From Candidatus Atribacteria bacterium (lineage in GTDB: Bacteria; Bipolaricaulota; Bipolaricaulia; UBA7950; UBA9294), in assembly GCA_004525685.1 (NCBI GenBank), contig SPBW01000002.1, forward strand, positions 1 through 40,191: 40,191 bases of DNA, read 5' to 3'. The position numbers and the translations under genes were made by a program. Below the pieces are notes generated by a model. It was not told where the DNA came from. It saw only the letters and a list, made by a program, of their open reading frames with translations, and searched no databases. Shown piece after piece: positions 1 through 9,090 of this stretch; position 1 is the first letter of the stretch, and each line of letters opens with the position of its first letter.

Positions 1-1275
1 CTACAGCGCTCTCTCCCACGATTCCTCTGTCGGCGCGTATCCTAACGCCATTCCCGCTTCGCGGGCGGCGTGGTTGTCGGGCTTAAGTTCGAATCCAATG
101 GATGTGCAGCCTCGCTCAAGCAGGTAGGCACTGGCTTCGATTTCCAATTCTCGCAGAATGCCTTGCCGACGAGTGCCGGGATAGACAAACGCATGCTCTA
201 GCATGCCCGGTTGCCCGGATTCTCCGCGTGCGACGAGCATGCCGACGAGCTTGTGCGGCGTTTCTGCGATGAAGACCCTTCGATCCTGGCCTTCCAGTGA
301 TTCGTCAACTTGTGCCGTGAAACGTGAGGCAGAAACAGGCGTGCCAGTCCGCTCTTCTTCCATGGCTGCGAGCAAATTGGCGACTTCTCGATGGTCACGA
401 GGATCGGCAACACGAACGTGGATCTCGCCCAAGGGCTCGGACGGATGCTGAAATTCCTGTTCGATCCAGTCGATGGCGAAGCGATTCAATACGTCTGCAT
501 CAAGCAAATAGCTCTTTGCGGCACCGACGAGGCCGATGACGCCATGGCCCTCTTGAACATGTTGGCTGGCGATGGCTTCAAACAGATCGACGGCTCCGCG
601 CCACGGCAGACAGCCGTTGGTGTCGAATTCCTCGATGTCGATCCATTGTCTCTCTCCATTGCGAAGAATCGGTGCCTTGTAACGAACGACCTTCTTGCCC
701 GGCACATTGGCCAGGTGTTCGGCATGATGGAGCAATGTTAGGCTCGATAGCGGCGCTCCCAACAAGAGCACCCTGCCCTTGCGCTGGCACAGTTTGCCCA
801 GGGGTGAGCCCTCGCCCATGCCGTAGTTCAGTGGATGTGCCTGAGTCAGCTCATCGGCATAGCGTCCGACGGCGGCAAAGGAACTATCGGGATGTTCGCT
901 TCGTTTGGCTCCCGGCCAGGTGCGCAAGCACTCAGCGAGAATGCTCCATGAAGGGACGGCGCGTGATGTGGCAGGATCAAAGGCGGGCCAAAGCTCAAGC
1001 ATGGCCGCAGGCACTTGCGGTGCATCAACGACGATGTCGTAGGGAGAGCCATCCCAACCGACAACCATCATCAAGGTTCCTTCGGGACCGAGTGCATCGA
1101 GAATGCCCGCGAGGACCTCGCTGGGACCACCGGCAATCCAGCCGATGGCTCCGACGGATGCATGCAACATAACCGTGTCACCCGGTTCTAAGCCGAGGTT
1201 TCTGACCTGCAATGCGATCTGTCCACGAAATGCCAATCCAGGCGCGTGGGATGCCGAGCAACATCTTCCTGACAT
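1..1275 (-). CDS. AAC(3)-family (Antibiotic_NAT fold) N-acetyltransferase fused to a C-terminal GNAT acetyltransferase domain
   Basis: Complete ORF (ATG at 1275, stop TAG at 3..1), with SD AAGGAGG 5 nt upstream of the ATG. The N-terminal ~280 aa carry AAC(3) hallmarks (VMLHASVGAIGWIAGGPSEV...GTLMMVV; LTLLHHAEH). The C-terminal ~140 aa resemble a GNAT core (FVYPGTRRQGILRELEIEASAYLLERGCTSIGFEL). Confidence 0.7.
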   Translation of the reverse strand: MSGRCCSASHAPGLAFRGQIALQVRNLGLEPGDTVMLHASVGAIGWIAGGPSEVLAGILDALGPEGTLMMVVGWDGSPYDIVVDAPQVPAAMLELWPAFDPATSRAVPSWSILAECLRTWPGAKRSEHPDSSFAAVGRYADELTQAHPLNYGMGEGSPLGKLCQRKGRVLLLGAPLSSLTLLHHAEHLANVPGKKVVRYKAPILRNGERQWIDIEEFDTNGCLPWRGAVDLFEAIASQHVQEGHGVIGLVGAAKSYLLDADVLNRFAIDWIEQEFQHPSEPLGEIHVRVADPRDHREVANLLAAMEEERTGTPVSASRFTAQVDESLEGQDRRVFIAETPHKLVGMLVARGESGQPGMLEHAFVYPGTRRQGILRELEIEASAYLLERGCTSIGFELKPDNHAAREAGMALGYAPTEESWERAL

Positions 1276-1410
1276 GCGTAGCCCTCCTTAGGGTCCGATC
1301 ACTGAAGGATAGCATGAGCCTGTGCCTGTGTCCTGCCGTTTTCCGAAGAACCTGCTGCGAAGCACCTGGCAAAGTTGTCTGGAGAAGAACCGTCGTGCAG
1401 CAGGCGGATG

Positions 1411-2763
1411 CTAGCCGGTAGAGAAGTAGCGTCTTCTTGGATCTTGAGGGCTGGTGCCAATCTCCCTTACGAGGCCTCGATTAACGAGCTTTGACAGCCG
1501 GGTTCGCGTAGCACGAGGAGTTAGCCCAATGGCCGTTGCGATTTCCTGGGTGGAGAGTCCGTGCTCGGCATTCATCATCTCTAGGATGGTTAGGTCTACT
1601 GAGTCTGCCGTCGGTGAGTGTCTCTTGGTCGTGTAGAGGGTGACGCGGAATCGTGTGCCGAGTTCCTCGAATCGCGGTTCATCGAGACCTGCTTCTCGGC
1701 ATGTTGTAACAATCCTCTGAATGCCGCTGCCCCATTGCTCAACCAAGCCAAGCTCATGGAAGACGCGTCCAATCACTCGATTCCTAAGCTTGGAGATGCC
1801 TTGCCGTAAATCATCTACTGTAAGTCCGAAGAGGAGAAGGCCGGGATTCTCAATTTCGAGACGGTCATCGAATATCGAGATTCGAGTTGGAGCACCTCGC
1901 TCCGCATAGTCTGCATGGGCAAGTGCATTGATGATCGCCTCACGCACCGCCGCTGGAGGCAGGTTCCATTGCTCAACCCGACGAACGGCACCGATTTCGA
2001 CTCCGTGCAACGTGTGTTTGTTGACAAATTCCACGGCTGCATCCACGGCTGCTGGTAAGTGCAATTTGATCTGGGATTGATCGGCAATATGGGTCTTGTT
2101 AGTTCCTTGAAATCGACCTGCCTGAATCCAGACATCCGGGAAATAGCGCTCGCGATTCCTGCCAAACAGAAGGAATCCGCCAACAGTAGGAACCTTGCGC
2201 CCTTGATGTGGTGTAATCAGGCGGAGTGTCTCAAGATCCTTCGGCTTGAGTATTCGTTCAGGGGCAAACAACTCGGAAGCAGCTCGGAAGTCGATGTCTT
2301 CCGAGTTCAGATCGGGCATGGCTTGTTCGTCATAGGTTTCTCCTTGAGCAAACCGCTGCATGCCCTCAATCAATTCCTTATCTGCTCGGCGATTGGTAGA
2401 ATCAACGCGAACATAGGCTCCCCTCTCAAGCCCCTCCTTCTTGATGAAGTGAGGGCGATTTGGACTTGGATAGATCTGAATACCCAGAAGTTGGGATTGT
2501 CGCCACGACAGGATTTCGACTTCAGGTAAGAGTCGTGGCGATATACTATCACTGATAAGATTAGCGAGCTTCTCTTCAAGATCTAGCGGGTTTGTGACAC
2601 CTCGAACATTGTGGGATTTGTCTTCGACACCGATGAGCAGGATGCCGCCCGCCGTGTTCGCAAATGCGACGAGAGTGTGCAGTACCCCCTTAGGTGAGGA
2701 TAGATCTCGTTTGAATTCTAGGGTCTTGCCTTCGGATCGTCGCAGCAAATCCAGGATATCCAT
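1411..2763 (-). CDS. AlbA_2 (Schlafen-like) / HATPase_c_4-type ATP-binding protein with C-terminal winged-helix; putative regulator
   Basis: The ORF extends to a TTG at 2838. The first ATG (2763) gives MDILDLLRRSEGKTLEFKRDL, the usual N-terminus of AlbA_2-domain proteins. The middle region has REAIINALAHADY and IENPG motifs. The C-terminus has an HTH (LSTQEIATAIGLTPRATRTRLSKLVNRGLV). Confidence 0.7.
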   Translation of the reverse strand: MDILDLLRRSEGKTLEFKRDLSSPKGVLHTLVAFANTAGGILLIGVEDKSHNVRGVTNPLDLEEKLANLISDSISPRLLPEVEILSWRQSQLLGIQIYPSPNRPHFIKKEGLERGAYVRVDSTNRRADKELIEGMQRFAQGETYDEQAMPDLNSEDIDFRAASELFAPERILKPKDLETLRLITPHQGRKVPTVGGFLLFGRNRERYFPDVWIQAGRFQGTNKTHIADQSQIKLHLPAAVDAAVEFVNKHTLHGVEIGAVRRVEQWNLPPAAVREAIINALAHADYAERGAPTRISIFDDRLEIENPGLLLFGLTVDDLRQGISKLRNRVIGRVFHELGLVEQWGSGIQRIVTTCREAGLDEPRFEELGTRFRVTLYTTKRHSPTADSVDLTILEMMNAEHGLSTQEIATAIGLTPRATRTRLSKLVNRGLVREIGTSPQDPRRRYFSTG

Positions 2764-2889
2764 AACTCTGAAATCTACTATGAAGCGGCATGCGGAATCA
2801 GACTTCCGAGTTTGAGAAGCATGAGTAAGATTCTGCAATAGGGAGCTAGAACTTGCCGATAGTTGATGGTGGCTACACGCGGCTGCTCC

Positions 2890-3183
2890 CTACGGCGGCG
2901 GGAAGTATTTGGGACGAGGCAGTTCGTGCGGTGCCATGATCCACGAGTCGTCGAGGCCTTCCAGCGTCCAGCGCTGGCGCCCGCGATCAAAACGAATGGC
3001 GTAGCGCGTCCACTTGTCGCGAATGTCATAGGTCAGACTTTCGAGATCGGCTTCGATTTGAGGCATTCCGACGAAGGTGCGTCTTGTCCCTTGCCAGTTG
3101 ATGGCTTTGAGTGCGGGAACAGAAGACCCGGGATGGAATTGCACGATGGCATCGACTTCTTGGTTGATTCGTATCCATGTCAT
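2890..3183 (-). CDS. small hypothetical protein (97 aa), divergent from dinB
   Basis: ATG at 3183 and TAG stop. Codon usage by eye matches neighbouring genes (gcc/atc/gtc/ctc-rich). There is no clear SD. The opposite-strand ORF 2863..3306 looks less protein-like. I cannot confirm a family. Confidence 0.4.
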   Translation of the reverse strand: MTWIRINQEVDAIVQFHPGSSVPALKAINWQGTRRTFVGMPQIEADLESLTYDIRDKWTRYAIRFDRGRQRWTLEGLDDSWIMAPHELPRPKYFPPP

Positions 3184-3234
3184 AATAACCTAGTCTACAA
3201 CAGGCTTATCACGGCCCGAATGACAGTCTCTCCG

Positions 3235-3249
3235 TGTCCAAAATGGACA
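3235..3249. promoter_or_regulatory. perfect palindrome TGTCCA-AAA-TGGACA in the divergent intergenic region; candidate operator
   Basis: Read directly from the sequence. It lies 122 nt upstream of the dinB ATG and 52 nt upstream of the small minus-strand ORF. Confidence 0.2.
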
Positions 3250-3370
3250 ATTCTGCGTTTCGTTTCTCTTGCGAAGAATGTCGTTGTTGGGCCATTTGTC
3301 CTCTAGAAATCACGTCGGGAATATGGCACACTTGGCGCGATGTGCGAAGTGATTCGATGAAAGGATTCCC

Positions 3371-4609
3371 ATGCCACGAACGATTCTACATCTGGATATG
3401 GACTCGTATTTTGCCTCGGTCGAACAGCAGGCAAATCCGAGTTTGCGTGGTCTTCCCGTGGGTATTACCGGCAAGCCGATTGAAAGCACCATCATCGTCA
3501 CGGCATCGCGAGAGGGCAAGAAGTTTGGTCTGAAGGCTGGGATGCCAGTGTGGGAGGCCAAGAAGTTGTGCCCGCAATTGATCCTCTATCCTGGCGATGC
3601 CTCAAAATACCTGGCACTGACGCAACGGTTCATCGATATCCTCAAGCGCTATACGCCGATGATCGAGGTGTCCAGCATTGACGAGGTCTATATGGACATC
3701 ACCAAAGAGGCACCACACTATGGCGGTGCGGTTCGATTGGCGCAATCGATTCAGCGGGATTTCAAGAATGAGTTGGGCAAGTACATCACTGCCACCATTG
3801 GCATTGCCGATAACAAGACGTTTGCCAAGCTCATTGCCAAGCGGCATAAGCCCAATGGCATTGGCTTCGTCGATCCTGAAGAATTGCCTGAACTCTTAGC
3901 AACGACCCAGGTGACGGAAATCTGCGGCATTGGCAGACGGATCGAAAAGCGATTGTCGCGTCTGGGTATTTGGACGCTGGCACAACTGGGGCAATGTCCA
4001 CTGTCTATTCTCAAGAGCGAGTTCGGTGTGCATGGGCTGTTCTACAAAGCCGTTGGCATGGGGCAGGATCCAACGCCTGTGGTTCCGTATACAGAAATTC
4101 CCCCACCGAAATCAGTCGGTCATTCTCGTACCTTGCCCCCTGATATCCGACCGCGTGAGATGGCGCTGACGGTGTTGCGCGGGTTGTGCGACCTGGTGGC
4201 CAGTCGATTGCGCAAGCACGGCTACATGGCCCGTACGGTTCACTGTGGCTTCTCATTGGAAGTGATGTCCGGGCATTATGGGAAGCAGACGACGCTAGCA
4301 TTGCCGACCGACGATGGGGCAACGCTTTACGAAGCCTGCATGCGTATTCTTTCCCAGATTCCCATCCATCCAGAATCGATGGCACGAATCGGGCTTTCCA
4401 CATCGAATCTCGTCGATGAGAAGGGGGTCCCTATTCCTCTTCTGGCTGAGGATCAAACACGACGGCGACTCAATCGCGCTGTCGATGTGATCCAAAGCCG
4501 ATTCGGGAACAGCGCCATCCAGGTGGCCGCAGCGGCGCTGCCACGAAAACTGCCCGAACATGTCGGAGGGTTCGCTGAGACGAGTACATTCGATTTCTCA
4601 TCCAACTAA
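3371..4609 (+). CDS. dinB: DNA polymerase IV (Y-family)
   Basis: Has ILHLDMDSYFASVEQ at the N-terminus and the catalytic SIDEVYMDIT motif. Length (412 aa) fits the family. Confidence 0.9.
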   Translation: MPRTILHLDMDSYFASVEQQANPSLRGLPVGITGKPIESTIIVTASREGKKFGLKAGMPVWEAKKLCPQLILYPGDASKYLALTQRFIDILKRYTPMIEVSSIDEVYMDITKEAPHYGGAVRLAQSIQRDFKNELGKYITATIGIADNKTFAKLIAKRHKPNGIGFVDPEELPELLATTQVTEICGIGRRIEKRLSRLGIWTLAQLGQCPLSILKSEFGVHGLFYKAVGMGQDPTPVVPYTEIPPPKSVGHSRTLPPDIRPREMALTVLRGLCDLVASRLRKHGYMARTVHCGFSLEVMSGHYGKQTTLALPTDDGATLYEACMRILSQIPIHPESMARIGLSTSNLVDEKGVPIPLLAEDQTRRRLNRAVDVIQSRFGNSAIQVAAAALPRKLPEHVGGFAETSTFDFSSN

Positions 4610-4629
4610 CAAGATCAGTAGGATGGAGC

Positions 4630-5637
4630 ATGATGGCAGACGTGCGAATCGGCACATCGGGTTACTCGTTTCCCCATTGGGTAGGCACGGTCTATCCTGA
4701 GAAGACGGTACCCTCTGACATGTTGGCAACCTATGCCAAAGACTTCGACGCTGTCGAGATCAACTTCACCTATTACCGGGATCCGACACCCGCCATCTTC
4801 GAAGGCATGCTTCGGAAGGTCGATCCAAACTTCACCTTCGTCATTAAGGCACCCCGTGGGATGACACACGAGCGTGATGCGATGGCATCGGTTGCCAAGC
4901 CTTTCGTGCAGTCGCTTGCTCCACTGCGTGATGCCGGGCAATTGGGAGGCGTGCTGCTGCAATTCCCTCAATCGTTTCATCTCAACGATCTTGCTCTGGA
5001 TCACCTAAAGCACGTGGCCGACATCTTCGTCAGTCGTGGCATTCCAACAAGCATCGAGTTCCGGCACAAGGAATGGTACGAAGACCGCGTCTACCAGTAC
5101 CTTCAGAAACTGCAGCTGGGCCTTGTTAATGTCGATCTACCACGCATTGGTTCTTTGCCGACGCCGACCAACGTCCTGACCAACGATGTGGCCTATTTCC
5201 GGCTTCATGGCCGAAACGAGAAGGCGTGGTACAACCCGCCCACGGGAAGCCATCGCTACGACTATCTTTACACGGACGAGGAACTCCAGCAGTGGGTGGG
5301 ACGTGTCAAGGGCGTGCTTGATACTGCAACGAAGGTCTACATTTTCACCAACAATTGCCACAAGGGCTCTAGTTTCGTCAATGGACTACGGCTCAAGCAG
5401 TACTTCGAGCAAGAGGTGCGAAGCGAAGCCGATGCCGAAGGAACGCTTTTCGCTAGCGACGATCCAACAGCGCGAATTGTCACAATGACCCAACGTGTGA
5501 TCGCCGCACGCGCCAGCGAAGCAGTGGACGAGTTGGTGTTGGAAGCCGCCCATGACTCCTATTCAGCGATCGATGGCAATGAAGATCGAACAACGACTCC
5601 TAACCATGAAGAACACGAAGATCATGAAGGATCTTGA
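4630..5637 (+). CDS. DUF72 (YecE/UPF0759) family protein with an acidic/His-rich C-terminal tail
   Basis: The N-terminus IGTSGYSFPHWVGTVYPE is the DUF72 signature. The last ~75 aa (ending NHEEHEDHEGS) extend beyond the usual domain. Confidence 0.8.
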   Translation: MMADVRIGTSGYSFPHWVGTVYPEKTVPSDMLATYAKDFDAVEINFTYYRDPTPAIFEGMLRKVDPNFTFVIKAPRGMTHERDAMASVAKPFVQSLAPLRDAGQLGGVLLQFPQSFHLNDLALDHLKHVADIFVSRGIPTSIEFRHKEWYEDRVYQYLQKLQLGLVNVDLPRIGSLPTPTNVLTNDVAYFRLHGRNEKAWYNPPTGSHRYDYLYTDEELQQWVGRVKGVLDTATKVYIFTNNCHKGSSFVNGLRLKQYFEQEVRSEADAEGTLFASDDPTARIVTMTQRVIAARASEAVDELVLEAAHDSYSAIDGNEDRTTTPNHEEHEDHEGS

Positions 5638-5793
5638 GCCACATCCTTGGACACAAGAGCCAACGCCAATCTTCTCTTCATGTGCTTCATGGTTGATTGC
5701 TTGGTGTGCGAGCACGGCTGACGATTGAAGCATCGGGTTGCTGATCTCCGTAATCCGAACGCAGGAGATCCAAGCGCTACGGCCAGTTCAGAG

Positions 5794-6813
5794 TCAGCCT
5801 AGCTGGGCGAAGAAGGCGTCGAGCTTGGCGCGTAATTCGACTTTCACTGACTCAGGAGCGAAGGCTGCTTCGATTCCATTCAAGCTGATCTGGCGTATCT
5901 GCTGGGCATCGAATCCGAACGCGTCGACGACGACCTGGTATTCGTGCGTCAGATCGATGTTCGACATCAAACGGTTGTCGGTATTGATGGTGATGGGAAT
6001 GCCGAGATCGAAATACCGCTTAAGCGGGTGATCGGCATAGGTTTCCATGATGCCCGAAATCTGAAGATTGCTGGTCGGGCACACTTCGAGTGGAATACCC
6101 TTCTCAGCAACAAGCTCCTCTGTGGCTGGATCTTTGTGCAAGTAGACGCCATGCCCGATGCGCTCGGCGCCCATCTCAATGACTGCCCGTATTTGCTCGG
6201 GACAGCAGCCTTCTCCGGCATGAATTGCCAGACGCACACCGGATTCTTGCGCCATGGAAACGGCTTCCCGATGGATCTGTGGCGGATGTTGGCGCTCTGG
6301 GCCTGCCAGATCGAAGGCGACGACGCCTTTGGTGGAGAACTGAGCCGCAAGCTGGGCAACCTCCATGGAATGCTCAAGCGAGCGGTCACGCATGGCGGAC
6401 AGGATCAATCCTGTGTGCAGGTCGAATGCCTCTCTACCCCGCTTCAATCCGCGTAGCACAGCTTGGACAACCTCGCGTGGACTCAAGTCAGCTTCGAGAT
6501 GGAGGAGCGGCGCAAACCGAACCTCAAGATACAGCACGTTCTCTTTGGCTACGTCTTGGCACAATTCGTAGGCTGCTCGTTCCAATGCTGCCGCCGTCTG
6601 CAGTACGGCAATGGTGACATCGAATGCCTTGAGATACTCAGGCAATGTGCAGCGCTGCGGCGGGGTCACCGCCTTCTTGAAATTGAACCGCTTCGGGAAC
6701 GCCGTCTCCTGCGGCAACGCAGCAGCAAGCTCCTTGATGGTTTTCAGGCGCATCGAGCCATCGAGATGGACGTGCAATTCGACCTTGGGCAGCTTACGAA
6801 GATCCATGTGCAT
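5794..6813 (-). CDS. add: adenosine deaminase
   Basis: Has LPKVELHVHLDGS, HAGE and ITINTDN motifs. Length is 339 aa. Confidence 0.9.
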   Translation of the reverse strand: MHMDLRKLPKVELHVHLDGSMRLKTIKELAAALPQETAFPKRFNFKKAVTPPQRCTLPEYLKAFDVTIAVLQTAAALERAAYELCQDVAKENVLYLEVRFAPLLHLEADLSPREVVQAVLRGLKRGREAFDLHTGLILSAMRDRSLEHSMEVAQLAAQFSTKGVVAFDLAGPERQHPPQIHREAVSMAQESGVRLAIHAGEGCCPEQIRAVIEMGAERIGHGVYLHKDPATEELVAEKGIPLEVCPTSNLQISGIMETYADHPLKRYFDLGIPITINTDNRLMSNIDLTHEYQVVVDAFGFDAQQIRQISLNGIEAAFAPESVKVELRAKLDAFFAQLG

Positions 6814-6873
6814 GTATCACTCTACGTAAAAAGGGGGGTCTTCTGCAATCTGGGCATGTCAGGCACGGGCAGG

Positions 6874-7161
6874 CTACATCTTCTCTCTTGCGGATGCAAC
6901 CTTCTTTAGGAGGCCATCTGTCGAGCCTTTTCGGTCATCGATCTTGATAGATATCGAGATACGCGCCGACGATTCGAGAAGTTTGTCCCGGCACGCCTTG
7001 ATGATCCCCATCACCTCGTCCCAGTCGCCTTCGAGGTTGGTTCCCATGGCGTGATGCTCGTGAGCGATGCCACTGGCTTCAATGATCTTGAATGCCTCGG
7101 CGACGTGAGAGCTCAAGCTCTCACCTCTTCCGATGGGTGCGATGGAGAAGTCGACAATCAT
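6874..7161 (-). CDS. MTH1187/YkoF-type (UPF0045, DUF77) thiamine-binding-like protein
   Basis: MIVDFSIAPIGRGESLSSHVAEAFKIIEASG...HAMGTNLEGDWDEV is typical of the family. SD GAAGGAGAG lies upstream. Confidence 0.8.
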   Translation of the reverse strand: MIVDFSIAPIGRGESLSSHVAEAFKIIEASGIAHEHHAMGTNLEGDWDEVMGIIKACRDKLLESSARISISIKIDDRKGSTDGLLKKVASAREKM

Positions 7162-7189
7162 GCTCTCTCCTTCACTCGATTTGAAGTGA

Positions 7190-8083
7190 TTACTTGTCGG
7201 AATAGGTCAGTTGATAGGATTCCTGCACGCCGATACCGTCAATCACCAAGCTGCGTGCCAACGGATCGAGCGTAACCTGTGCCCACGTCGTCGGCGTATT
7301 CTGATCCACCATCGCCTCGAAGGTGATGTAGAAAATGCCGTCGAGGACCTGGTGGCCATTGGTGTGCTCATGTCCTTGAAGCACGGCAATGACGTCACCA
7401 TCCTCAACGAATAGATCCCGTAGTGCGTCTTGGTTGAGCACGGTCGCACGGCCCCACGCCTCGATGTCGCCCGCGCTTTCATCGAGTGGCTGGTGTACAC
7501 AGACGATGGTCGGCAGATCAGTCGAGGCGAGATCTGCCTGTAGCCACTCAAATTCGGAGTCGGGTACGAATCCGGCGACTCCGGTGTACGTGTTGGCCAG
7601 ATCCGATCCGTCGGCTGCATGTTGTACATCGAGTACGACGAAGTGATAGCCACCGACGTCAAAGCTGTAGGATGTGGCCTCCATTTCGAGGATCGAAAGA
7701 TACTGCGCCTTGTTCAGGTTGTAGAGATCGTGGTTGCCAATGACGTGATAACTGGGGCCGTCGAACTGATCATAGAGTCCGTCGGCCCATGCGAGAATGT
7801 CAGAAATGCGCGCTGGATCTCCGGGATCCGCGCCCAGTACGACCCAGCCGTTGATGAAGTCACCCAGTTCGATGATGAAGTTGGGTGCCCATTCATTCAT
7901 CGCTACGGTGAATGCAGACAGTCGATCTTGCGTGTGCGACATCCACTTGCCTTCGAGGGGGGAATCCAGGTCGTGCGCGTGCGTATCGGTAATGAGGCCG
8001 AAGCGCACGATACCATCGTTCGCTCCGACCGCGAAGGCAAAGCCAATCAAGATCAAGATGAGCAAGGCAGCCGATCGTCTCAT
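7190..8083 (-). CDS. secreted calcineurin-like metallophosphoesterase (paralog 2)
   Basis: Has a signal peptide (MRRSAALLILILIGFAFAVGA) and the metallophosphoesterase motifs DTHAHD, GDFING, GNHD and QGHEH. Confidence 0.75.
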   Translation of the reverse strand: MRRSAALLILILIGFAFAVGANDGIVRFGLITDTHAHDLDSPLEGKWMSHTQDRLSAFTVAMNEWAPNFIIELGDFINGWVVLGADPGDPARISDILAWADGLYDQFDGPSYHVIGNHDLYNLNKAQYLSILEMEATSYSFDVGGYHFVVLDVQHAADGSDLANTYTGVAGFVPDSEFEWLQADLASTDLPTIVCVHQPLDESAGDIEAWGRATVLNQDALRDLFVEDGDVIAVLQGHEHTNGHQVLDGIFYITFEAMVDQNTPTTWAQVTLDPLARSLVIDGIGVQESYQLTYSDK

Positions 8084-8113
8084 GTTGCGGTCTCCCTGTT
8101 GGATCGTGGTGTG

Positions 8114-9001
8114 CTAGAAGCCCAACTCATAGCTTTCCTGCAAGCCGAATCCTTCGATCGACATCATGCGCGTTTCCACATCAAGTGATACCTGCGACCA
8201 GGTAGCCGGCCCGGGCACAGTATGGTCGACCATGGCGGCGAGCGTCACGTAGTGGATGCCATCAATCTCTGTGTAGACGTTGCCGTGGTCATGCCCCTGG
8301 AACACGGCGATTACTTGACCAGAGTCTGTGAGCACCTGGCGAACCTCGGCATTGTTGACGACGGGCGGGCCGCCTGCGTTGGCATCAAACTGTGCGTCTA
8401 GGGGCTGGTGAATGCAGACGATGGTTGGCAGATCGGTTTGCGCCAAGTCATCGGCGAGCCATGCCATCTCATCTACAGGGATGCGGCACTTGACGCGCAT
8501 GAAGACATGATCGAAGTCTGACTCATCGGGGTCGTTGTATTCCGCATCAAGAATCACGAAGTGAACGCCCCCGAGATCGAAGCTGTAGTAGGCTTCGTCT
8601 TGTCCTACTGCGGTGAGAAAGTCGGATTTCGACAGATCATAGAGATCGTGATTACCCAGGACGTAATGCATGGGCGTATTAAGCCCTGCGATACTGGCAA
8701 TCCCTAGTTCAAGGATCCCTGGTATTCGGGTGGGGTCGCCATAGCCGGGACCCATGACAAAGGCGCCGTTTACGAAATCGCCGAGCTCAATGGCCACATC
8801 AGCAGGCCAGGCATTGGCGGCGGCGGCGAATGCTCCAAGGCGTTCGGCGTAGTTGGTCATCACCTTGCTCTCGACAGGCGAGTTGATGTCGTGAACGTGC
8901 GCGTCTGTGAACAAAGCGATGCGAACGGGTTCACCAGCAACTGCAACGCCGGTCGCAAGCACGAGTGCCAGTACGAAAAGAAATCGAGTTCGATGAAACA
9001 T
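8114..9001 (-). CDS. secreted calcineurin-like metallophosphoesterase (paralog 1)
   Basis: The ORF extends to 9016, but the ATG at 9001 is preceded by AGGGAGG+5 nt. It has a signal peptide (MFHRTRFLFVLALVLATGVAVA) and motifs DAHVHD, GDFVNG, GNHD and QGHDH. It aligns by eye along its whole length with 7190..8083. Confidence 0.75.
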   Translation of the reverse strand: MFHRTRFLFVLALVLATGVAVAGEPVRIALFTDAHVHDINSPVESKVMTNYAERLGAFAAAANAWPADVAIELGDFVNGAFVMGPGYGDPTRIPGILELGIASIAGLNTPMHYVLGNHDLYDLSKSDFLTAVGQDEAYYSFDLGGVHFVILDAEYNDPDESDFDHVFMRVKCRIPVDEMAWLADDLAQTDLPTIVCIHQPLDAQFDANAGGPPVVNNAEVRQVLTDSGQVIAVFQGHDHGNVYTEIDGIHYVTLAAMVDHTVPGPATWSQVSLDVETRMMSIEGFGLQESYELGF

Positions 9002-9090
9002 TGAAGCCTCCCTCATCCGGTTGTTCGTACAGACTAGCCTGCATGAACCGGTAGGACAAGAGAGGCTCCAGAGCGTTTTGTCAGCGCCTG

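Noticed and set aside
2863-3306. 147-aa plus-strand ORF overlapping the small minus-strand ORF
   Set aside because: It is Arg/Cys-rich and less protein-like, and it extends across the divergent intergenic region. I preferred the minus-strand 97-aa ORF, though with low confidence.
3184-3370. LexA/SOS box upstream of dinB
   Set aside because: The interval contains no GAAC-N4-GTTC or CTGT-N8-ACAG type motif.
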